A DNA stretch of 64,000 nucleotides from Antedon mediterranea (lineage: Eukaryota > Animalia > Echinodermata): assembly GCF_964355755.1 (NCBI RefSeq), contig NC_092672.1:15934001-15998000 (forward strand), read 5' to 3'. Positions 43,801-55,800 of this stretch are shown piece by piece (position 1 is the stretch's first letter; each line of letters opens with the position of its first letter). The position numbers were made by a program, and so were the translations under genes. The notes below the pieces were generated by a model, which was not told the origin of the DNA, searched no databases, and saw only the letters and a list, made by a program, of their open reading frames with translations.

Positions 43801-46800
43801 TCATTCAATTTTAATAAGTTATTGAGCATCCATAATCTGATTTCAGAAATACAATTTTCAATCTGTAAAATACTGTCATGGGGTTTAAAGGCAAAATAAA
43901 TCTGCATATCATCAGCGTATAGATGAAATCTGAGATTGTGTTTTCTCACAATGTCACCTAGAGGATATGTGTAAATGGTGAACCACTGGGGTCCCAGTAC
44001 CGATCCCTGCGGAAGGCCAGATCTCAAGAATGTTGGCTCTGACTTGGCATTTCCAATGATGACACGTTGGGAGCGGTCGCAAAGATAAGATTTTGCCCAG
44101 GAAAGTGCAGTACCACTTAAACCGATGTAATTATGCAGCCTTTTTAAAAGAATATTTGAATCAACAGTATAACAAGACAAGAGCACATATGTCACCCTTG
44201 TCCAACGCACACAAAATATCACTCTGAACACAGAGTAGCGCGGTCTCGATGCTATGGTGTTTTTTGTAGGCAGATTGATAGCATTCTTGTAGTTGATGTA
44301 ATTCTTGAAAAAATGAAATTCTTGCAGAAACAACTCTTTCAATTAGTTTAGAAATCCATTGCAAATTAGACACAGGACGATGGTTTTTCAATTCATCCTT
44401 ATCAAGACCGTTCTTTTTCAAAAGAGGTCTCACGTGGGCCTCCTTCAAACTTGTTGGAATACAACCAGACTGTAAGGACGAGTTTACTAACTGTGTGAGC
44501 ACAGGAATAAAGGTATCAATACCCTCTTTAACAAATCGTGTGGGCAGTGGATCCAAAGAACAAGATGTGCTTGGTGAGTTCATGATAATTTCCTTCAGTT
44601 CTACATTTGTAGTTAATTCAAACATATCAAGAATATGCATAGATGGCTCATCCACTGAAGCAGAGATGTCGATCGGAGGAACCATATCTCTAATTGTCTG
44701 GATTTTCTGAATGAAGAATGACGAAAATCTGTTGGCAAGCGACTCATCCGAGGGTGAGGTTGGAAGCGGAGAATTTTTGCTTTGATGAAGCAGCTTATTC
44801 ACAGTCTTGAAAATCTGTTTTTGATCAGTAGATGCTTTCTCGATCATTTCAGAATAATGTTCCCTTTTAGCATTATACATGAGTGACAATACAAACTGTC
44901 GCTGTTTGCAGTACAGTTGCCTATCGATCTTAAGTTTGGAACGATGCCATTGTTTCTCAAGCAGTCGTCGTTTATGCTTTTCTTCACGAATGGAGTCATT
45001 ATACCACAGTGAATGTGGTCTTAGAACAACAGTACGGGTTCTTGCTGGTGCATGATCTTCAAATATTGAAGCAAGTGTCGTATTATATTGATCAACAAGA
45101 GGCAATATATCAGATTTTTCAAACTGATTGATAAACAAATCAGAGCTACTGAAATCCGAACAGACGGATTTAATGTCAATGGCTTTCAAGTGACTGGTAG
45201 TTATGGTTTTTCTAATTGCAGGAGGACATTTCATCTTCAGTTTGCAGATAATAGACTTCTGAACAGGTTCTTTCAGCGAATCCGAAGATATTCCTTCTTT
45301 TATGATGGTATTGGCAAGGATTGATTCACCCTGACGGTGTGTTGGGCCACTAACATGCTGCAATAATCCATATGAGGAGAGTGTGTCATTGAAATTAGTA
45401 GTCTCAGTGTCATCTGGTATATCCATGTGGATATTAAAATCTCCAGTAATGATAATACTTGATTTGTAAAGGACGTAAACATCCATTAATGCCCGAAAAT
45501 CCTTGATAAAATCACTGAATGGGCTCTTTGGTTGAGCGCGATAAATAACAATAAGACGAACGGATTGAGAGTTGTCTGTTATTTCACAATGAAGAGATTC
45601 AAAAGACTTGAATTGTTCAAACTTCTGAGGACAACATTGATTTTAAAAAGAAAAATCATGACTGCTATAATACGATGGATAAACCTGTATTGAAAGTATC
45701 TTATTTTTGTAGATAATGAACAATTACGCATCAGGCCAGTCTAAATCAAAATTGTTAAAAAAATATATTCCAATAATAATACAATAAATAAATAATATTT
45801 TAAAACAAATTTCTTTTTTCAGATTTCCATCCGATTTTGAAAAGTTGTCACCACCCGTTCTTCAATTAGCAGATGTGATGTTTTGCTACACACAAGAAAA
45901 AGTGTTATTTAGTGGGGTCGACCTGTCAGCAGATCTAGACTCTAGGATATGTATTGTAAGTATTTAAACACATTATTAATCCCCTGTATTTTTTTTCGGC
46001 TGGTTATCCAGGTTTGGTAGATAACCATTTTGATGGTCAATTAGGTCTTCTTTCCATTCTGCAAATAATCGAAGAAGAAATTCAGTTCAACTTAATTAAT
46101 CCACAGAAGCCCAGATACTACAAAACTATACTTAAATTGTTTTATAACTCTGTAATTCTCAGTGTAATACTTTTTTGTAATGTTTGTTTTTATGGTAATA
46201 CAATGCAAAAAGATAAAATTAAACTTAATCGAATAGGAAATAGAGCAATTAGACTAGTAGGAGAGCACTTACCTGATGTTGAATCCTTGTATAAAGAAAA
46301 TGTGTTAAAAAAAGTAAAAAGTATCATTGATGATGAAACACATCCTCTGCACAAACAATTTGCTCTCATGAATTCTGGCATAAGACTACGTGCACTTAAT
46401 ACCAAAACAAAACGGTTTAGGTGCTCGTTTGTACCTAATGCTATACACTTATATAACTCCAGAGTACAAAGGTAAAATGTAACCGCTTTTGTTTATTTTT
46501 ATAGCTCACGCATGTATTTTTAATGCTTTTATATAAACTTTAAATCATCGTTACTTCAATATAATAATAAATCATATAATATAATTAAATAATAATAATT
46601 TTTATCTAATTTTAACAATTTTTAGCCTCTTAAATTTTTGTGTGTGTTTTTGTAAATTGTATTTTATATTTTTGTATTTTGCCAGTTTTCAAATCACATT
46701 TCTGTTTTTTAAATGGACAATAAAGTATATATGACTATGATAAACACAGGGTTGTTCTTTTATGGGGCCATGCACATACAAAATACAAATTGAAAAAATG

Positions 46801-49800
46801 AAATAAAATACATAAAATATAATACAATGTTTCAAAAAAATACAATGATTTCTTTTTGTTTTGGTACCGGTATCTCAATAATTTTCAAATACATTTCACA
46901 TAACTATAACAATTTTATAGGGGCAACCAAATCTAACGTTCCAAACATATTTTTTCTTCTACACATAAACTATGATTTATTTTTAAAGATTGTAATGAAA
47001 AAAACTTTTCTGTCCTGAATATTAATCCAAAATAAATAAACTCTAGGCTTGGAATCAGAGATTACATACCTTCACCAAGGGCTGATTTAAAGTCATACTG
47101 TTATGTAAGGCGTGATATATCGAATATCCTAAACGACAAAACGCATGCAAGGAAGGAGAAAAATCAATTTCTAATCGACTTTCTACGCGGTTCATGTAAT
47201 TGAGTGTGTCAAAAATTCCCATGTGCGCGCAATTTTTTACGGGCGCGGTGCGCATGTATCGCTAAGAACATTTTTTCGCGTGATTTATGTTTTTCCAGCC
47301 TTTTCTAGTAATCACGTCATACGAGCACGTCAAATTGGACAATTTGCACACGTTTTTGATGAAAAAGTTAAAAAATTCGTCAAAATTATGCCTTTTTAAA
47401 ACAGTCATAGTTTCTAAACTACATGGTGAAGTTTATTGTTATTACATATTATGGAAATAGATGAGTTGTTGATATTGGATCATGCATCAATATGGCTAAC
47501 TGGACATTGTGACGTCATCGTATGGCCACTTCAATATAAAATATAGGATTTTTGTATCTTTCGTCATAGCTTATCACATTTAATAGAGCGCATCTCCACT
47601 TATCTTTATTCCATTTCCTCCCATTTTTATATTATTGTCTAGGTCAATGAATTATCTTTCGTATGAGTTATCATTTTTAAAATTGTGATGATGTCGTCAG
47701 CGTGAATAACTTGGGTCTTTTATTTTCATCAAATGTTTAATTACCATCAAATTTTAATATCTTATAGATCCTCAGAATGAAAAGTGATACTCATGATTAA
47801 AACGTTTTCTGGAAGCTGTTGAATTGTAGATACGGATTCATGTACAAATTTTGCGCATTGGCTTTTGTGACGTCATCATATGGCCAGTTGAATTATAAAA
47901 GTTGTATTTTCATATTTTGCGTCATAGTCCATATTCTACGTATTCAAATTTGTACAACACCCTTTATATGTTTTTACTCAGATAATTCTCTTCCAAAATT
48001 GCTATCTACATGTTTTTTATTTTGATGACGTAATTATGTAAAAAATTGGATAAAATAGCGGGTCCCGTTATTTTCACCTATTCTGCACTGTATGTAGTAC
48101 GTATACAGTATAGTGTATATACTTAGACGTGACAGAAAATAAAGGGCACACATTTTAATTTTTCAGATCACAATGGCATAATCGTTTTTCTGTGCTCAAT
48201 ATTCTAACATATGACGTGTACGTGGCGGTTGCGCTGCGGATAACCTAACTCGTCCATAGTGACCAGTTCAAATCTAGATTTTTTTTTGTTATCGATATAA
48301 ACGCAGACAGTGAAGACAATAAATGCATAATTAGGTACACAAACCATTACTTGCTCAGCGTAGGGTGTGTACAAAATGTACCACTTGTATTTGGCGTTTG
48401 AACGACACAGTGCTTGGCGTTTGGACGATTAATGTTTTTACCATCTATATATAGATTTACGTAAGGGCAAAATTCGGTAAATCGCGCCTTACTTTTAGAA
48501 TTTTTACTCGATGGTATGTAAAGTTATTTCGTACTTTCGGTACTGATTTTAACCACCTGATGTAACCCTGTTTACTAATTAAATTAAGTTAGATAATTAG
48601 TTATTGACGATTAAAACGAATTTAGGTTCAACGATTTGCCCCAGATAGGGGTGTTTTCCGATCGTGGTATACACTGTCTAATGGATGTCCATCTTGAAAA
48701 ATACCCGCCACAAAAATGCGAGGAGGCTTCGCATTTTCCTATCTCCTCCTACGATAATTGTTTTTAATAGCTGAAAACCGGTTGAACAGCTCGAGTACAG
48801 TATCATAATGTTGAAGACAGGCCCATTTTCTTAAAACAATACTATTTTGATAGATTTAATATACGTTTATACAAATGTATTGATTTGCGATGAATGGAAC
48901 ATTCCAATCTCTGTGTCGTTCCACAAGTGTCTATTCCCTCAGGCGTCGTAAAGGAAAGTACTCTATACTCATAACAGAAATTCGATCCATTTTTTTTTTC
49001 AATCTGTGCTGCAGAGGTTGGATATAATTTTTTTTTAAACGGATAATGAGCTAGCGTTTTCAGTCGCCGTAATTTAATATTTATTACCGTTTAAATCGAA
49101 TTTATGATTTGCCCCGAATAGAGGTGGTTTTCACAAATTGTTTAACATTATATATAAACATACGTCGTAGTGTATCGTTACATGTACTGTACTATTTCAA
49201 TCGACTACGACGGTGATAGTTTCAACAAAGTATTACATTGCAATGTTTTACTGTGTTTAGTGGTATATTATTTGTAAAACATGTTAATTAATATTTCGTT
49301 ACAAAATAAAGAATATATTTAAAAATTGTTCCTCTTTGCACCCATCCTCTTCCCCATCTCTCATCCATAATGTTACATACAAAACACAAATTAAGTTTGT
49401 TTAAATTTGACTTAAACAATTGGTCTCATTTTGTGACAACTTTCTCTTTCGGAAGTAATTCCCAGTGTGCTAATTTTAGTTGAGTACATAAATCACAGTG
49501 TCTATTTAATCGTTCCTGTAAACGACATATATTATTGTCCTGCATTATTGTACATTTGAAATCGCCAGTTTTTTAACGCTGAAATTACTGTGTATTCGAG
49601 AACCATCTGTGGGCACGACCTAGATGGTACGCGAGTGAAGCGAGCGTACCATCTAGTTATATTTTAATTTTGGCTAAAGACCAATTCATTTGTCTAAATA
49701 AAAGAATTGAACTTTAGCAATTTTGGCAACAGATAAACTGATTTGACTAAAAAAATTATTTTGACTTTCGCCAATTGAGGACGAGAGTATAGGGCCTAAT

Positions 49801-52800
49801 TATCTCTATATCGTGATATTAGTGGCAAAAGACTGGGTGGCTAAAGGCCAAGTGGTAACGACACAGTGCTTGGCGTTTGGACGATTATTGTAGTGTATGT
49901 CGTATTTAATGTTTGTAAACTTATTGATTCAAAGAATTGTAAAACAAATTTACAATCTCACACACTATTTTTCTTATTTTGAAAATTTGTGTCAGACTGA
50001 AGGTGGGACTGAAGGTACATTTAATGCCTATGCTTTCATTATTCGGATCGTTTACTGGTTATTTCATTAAATTCACAACTTCCTATATACTGATGTTTTA
50101 ATGATATAAACGCATATTTAATACGTTGATTTGTAACTAAACGTTGATACCCGATACAAACTGACATTTACTTTTGGGGTAAACAAAATCGATGATGCGT
50201 AATTAGATACACAAACCAGGGAGTAACTCCCTGCACAAACCATGTGCGGTGAATGAACACGGTGCCTTGATTTGGGTAATTCAACTAAAGTTCGCACCTC
50301 TGGAGCATAAAAAAACATTCACCCACTGCGCGGCGGTGACGGTGAGTGACCGTGAAGTCTTAGGACAAGATTTTCGTGTGGTACGGAAGCCATCAGACAA
50401 ACATGACCAGCCAAGCGTAAAAAACAAAAAATAACATAGTGTTCAGGGGATTTCAGAAAACTCTAAAATGTTGCTTATTAAATTGATAATTGTATGAATT
50501 TTGTGTGATTAATTGACCAATTGTTTTAATCATATAAAATACAATACAATCATACAGTGATTTAGGCATTGCTCTCTCTCTCAATGCCTTACCAAAACGT
50601 TTAGAGATACGAATTGATGTGAATATTTTGCCAATCAGATGTTGTGACGTCATCATATGGCCAGTTGAATTAAAAAAGTCATATTTTCATCTCTTGCGTA
50701 AAAGTTCATTGCGTTTAAACGAGAGCGGATCTCACTTTTACGTACCCAAAATTCTTCAAATTTGTTTTAATGTAATTATTTAGATAATTATCTTCTAAAA
50801 TTGTTATCTTTATATGTCAATTTGATGATGTCATCGTGTTAATAATTGGATTTAAAAGATGGGTCTCGTAATTTTGTCTATGCTACACTGTATATAACAT
50901 ATACAGTTTATTCTGTAAAATACTGTGATATGGTGTATGCTACATAATAGGTACAATTCAGCACTGTAAACATATTTATTTCATGTCAAAGGATGGCATA
51001 ATAATTGTCGAGGTTCATATAGTTAAGTATGTGCATGTTGCATTTGCGCGGATAACCCGAACTCGTCAAAGTGACGAGTTCAAATCTAGTTCTATGTTAT
51101 TAGTTATCCGCATTCAGCGGATAACTCCTTGTAACTGTCCGGTTTCATCATCTTTTTTTTTAGTTATCCGCATTCAGCGGATAACTCCTTGTAACTGTCC
51201 TGTTTCATCATCTTTTTTTGTTTTTTTTTCTGTATTATTTTTCTTTCTTTCTGTCATTTTTGTGCAGAGCGTATCTCTAAAACATGTAAAGTTAACATTT
51301 TATAACTTTGTCAACATATGGGCAATCACGTGAAGTTGTGCTTTCCTATTTTTGAATGACGTCAGAGTTGCCCAACATGACTTACGCGCGTTTTTATGAA
51401 TTTCGCGTATTTAACGTAACTCGAAAACCATATAACAATTTAAATTGAAACTTAGAAAAAGTTTAATTTATATCGTGCGCTAACTTTTTGTGCACTAAAA
51501 ATGGTATGTTATACACGAAGTTACGCGCACGTGCATTTAAAATTTAAAAATGCGAAAAAACTATTTCTAATCAACTTTCTACGTGTTTTAAGTCATTTTA
51601 AGCATGTCAAAAATTTCCACGCGTGCGCAAATTTTTACGTGTGTGGTGCATTAGCACGTAGCATTAAAAACATATTTTTGTCGCGTGATTTATGTTTTTC
51701 CAGCCTTTTCTAGTAATTTTACCAACTTTTAAACAATTTCGAGCACGTCGAATTGGACAATTGGCGAGCATTTTTGATGAAAAAGTTCAAAAATTCTCAA
51801 TTTTATTCTAATTGATCATCTAATAAAAATAAAAACACCAATCTTCATGACATATTCTACTACTACCCACTGTACTCTCTATGACTGTCAGTGCGTGTGT
51901 AGCTAGATGGAAGAGTCCATTAATTATGGTTTTGTCCCATTTTAGTTACACAATAAATATGTCCCTTGATCACTGTGGCTTATTTTCTGTAATCATATAG
52001 GCAATAATTGGTACGTCGAGCAACATCTAAAAGAACTTGTTTTTAATGTGTTGAGAAGCTTTCCTTAATCTCATAATATATATGGCCATATATAAGTCCC
52101 ATTCTCTACATTTTTTAGATCTAATTTAAGGTTACAAATTACATTTAATGAAAAAATAAATACTATATGATCCTATTGAGATAACTTTTTTCGTTAAAAA
52201 TGTGAAAAATAAGTTGATTCTAATAATTTAAGCGGCCCGCTATAAATCCCAACATGCATTGCGCGTGGATTAATATTTTTGTTTTTTTTATGTAATTGAC
52301 CCACTTTTCGAATGATCGTGAGACCAAAACAAATGGAAGAAATTTTCGGCGAAATTACCGGATTTCCCCAAATTTGTATCAACTGATTCTGGAAAAAACA
52401 GAAAGACAATTAATGCAGCAACTATACAACAAGTTCAAGTTCAAGTTAAAATTTATTGTCAAATACAAAGTAAATGAAATTTGCCTTCCAAGGTTCAAAT
52501 TGCAATTAAAATAACAACAGTCAAAAACATACAATGGATAAGATAATATATAAGAAAAAATGCTTTTGTATAAAAAATTATGAACAGTATAAATATTAAA
52601 ACACTATATATAGAATAAAATATAAACGTCTCAAGTTATCTTTCAAATTGCTTGTTGTTGCCTGATTGCACACGGAAGAAATGATTTATTATGACGCTCA
52701 GTCTTCTTAATTGAATTAATCATCCTTCCGGATCTACTGAAATTTATAAAGTTAAAAAGAGGATGAGACTGGTCGTTAATTATACCTTTTAGTTTTTTCT

Positions 52801-55800
52801 CCATAACCTTATCGCATATATCATGGATAGATGGGATGTTTGCACCTATTATCTTCGTAGCCATTTTTAATATTCTCTGTAATTTATTTGAATTATTCTT
52901 AGATAAACTATTTAGCCATACAATACAGAAAAATGTTAATATGGACTGTATCATAGCCTGATGGAATAGAGACAGCGCATCTCTGCCAATCTTAATGTTT
53001 CTTAATTTCCTTAAGAAGTACAATCTTTGGTTTGCCTTCGCATAGACTTTGGCAGTATTGGCGTTCCATGACAGTTTTTCATCTATCCATACTCCTAAAT
53101 ATTTATGTTCACTAGTTGTGCGGACATCATTATCTTTGATATTTAAAGGTATCAGTTGCCTCTTAATTTTACGAAAGTCAAACATAATTTCCTTTGTTTT
53201 ATTTACATTGATATCAGACAAAACATTATCAATTCTAACACGCTTGGTTCTGTTTTTCAAGAAATCTCTGATCCATAGACAAACAAAAGGATTAACATTC
53301 ATACAACTAATTAATATATATCAAGAAGTATGTTTGGTTTCATTGAATTGAAAGCCGAAGAAAAATCTATAAATAACGTCCTTACATATTGCCTAGGTTT
53401 ATCCAAAGTTTCATAGATTGGATGCAAGAGCGTAGTTATTGCATCGTTGACACCTCTATTACTACAGTATGCAAACTGATTATTATCAACAAAAGGCAAC
53501 ATTCTTTAATCAATACATCTTTAAATAATCTCTCAAAGCACTTTGTAATAATTAGGGATAGAGCAACAGGACGATAATCATTTAATATTTTCGGCTTAGG
53601 TGCTTTATTTATTGGGGATATTATTGAATACTTCCACATGCATGGGACACAAGAAGGTTAACGACCAGTTAAATAATCTGCAAAAGATAGGCGCAAGTTG
53701 TCAGGACTATAGCTAGCGTACGATGTTCGTACGTTACCGATGTTTACCAGCTAGGCCTAAAGACCACGAACTACTTAGGTAGTACATTGTTTCTCTCTTT
53801 TTATCATAATTTTTCATAAATTGTACATTTAAGACAAGGAATGAACTGGTTTAATGTTTTTTTAAAGTAATATATGCATTATTTTTACAAAACATCACAA
53901 ATTGTAGGGAATTGGTCTTTAAGTGTTTTACTAAAAGAAATATTATTTGCAAAAAACAAGAAGAAACCTGCAAAATACTCTATAATTGGCAGTGCCATGT
54001 GTATAATGATTTTTTTTTTATTCCTTGAATGGAGAAAACATTTTCATTCAATGAATTATTTTTAAACTCATGAAAATTCTCAACATTCCTTATTTGTATA
54101 TTACTTTTGTTATAGGTAGGAGAAAATGGAACTGGTAAAACAACTCTTCTTAAAATACTTCTTGGAGACTTAAATCCAGTTGATGGTATACGACACGCAC
54201 ACCGTAATTTACGTATAGGCTACTTTACCCAACATCACATAGATCAGTTGAATATGAACCAATCAGCTATTGAGTTTCTGGCAACAAAATATCCAAGTAA
54301 GCAATGTCAGTGGGTAATATATGGGCTTTTGGAATTGAGTGAATGTGCACGATGTTTGCGTCCACATTGGTATATGTCTCCAGGTATATGAACATTTTGA
54401 TCGTAGTGGACATTCATGTCGTATGCAAATTGTAGAATTTTTAAATGTTGAAGAAAGAAAGAAACGAATGAAAAACAAAAACCACTCAGCTTCGGCTTCC
54501 TACAAAATTCAAGTCATATACAAATCTCACATAGTTCAACAGTTTTACATCATTCACCATCAAATAAGGGAGCGTGCCCAAATGTTTTTACTCCGTTAAA
54601 CTTGTTGTAACGCAACTTTTACCGTTATATGCAAGCTAATTTAAATGGGGTTGGGCGTGTTCAGTGAGGCATATCAAGCCCTCCCTTTACTAGCTACTAT
54701 GCTGTTGTTATCACTCCATTGTTTAACGCGTAATTAACGGGAGACCGGACATGCTGTTCAGTGTTGCGTAACGATGATTCCAACGCGTTATTAACAGTCC
54801 TTGTTATGGTATGTTGCGTGAAATCCTATGATGACTCAAAATAACGGGTTATTAGCAGTCCGGTCATTGTTGTTACAACGCGTTGTAACAACGTATATAA
54901 TTATACTGTATTTTATTTTTATTTTTTATTTTATTCAATTAAAACCAACAGCGATAAATACCGCCACTAACAGGTTTGAAACATAAAACAATACAACATC
55001 AAAAACGGTTAACAATAAAATACAGATAAAATATATAAATATATATATAAAACATAGATTGGCATGCCATAAAAAATTTCAATCAAAACAGGTTATGCAG
55101 ACTGTTCAAGAAGTGAACACATCATCGTCCTCTTAAAATAACCAAGTCTATCATTAAAAATATCGATATGATTGCTATTTAGATTATTAAATGTATAAGG
55201 TAGTCTATGAAAAAGTCCCCTCTTAGTACAGTCGACACGGCTAAAAGGAATATGCAATAAATGTCTATTTCGTGTACGACCAGGAACATTTAAACTAAAT
55301 AGTGAAATTAATGAACAGTCATATTTAGAATTTAAAATATTATATAATATAAAAAAACCATATCAGATATCGTTCGACGATTGCTGACAGAATCAATGGA
55401 AAAGGCAAAATTAACACAGTTATAAGACAGGAATCGAACAAACTTCCGTTGAACAGTGTCGATTCGACGGGCCTGACATGGAGAAATTGAATTGAAAATT
55501 GCAGAACAATATTCAAGGTGAGGACGTATAATAGATTTGTATAAAGATAAAAGTGCCCTGCCGTCGTTCATAAACCTACAATTTCTCCATATTAAGCCCA
55601 TCATTCTATTAGCTTTTGACAACACATGATTAATATGTGAACAAAAATTTAATTTACTATCAATAAAAATACCTAAATCTTTCCATACATAAACCATCTC
55701 AAGATCATGTCCACTCAGATTATAATTGAAGAGCACAGGCCTTTTTTTAAGTGTTATATATATATATTTATTAAAATAATCATGTATAATACTATATCCT

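Noticed and set aside
43086-45486. Active or domesticated reverse transcriptase gene
   Set aside because: 5'-truncated and frameshifted near 44170 with a small deletion in the RT; an ordinary dead L2 copy.
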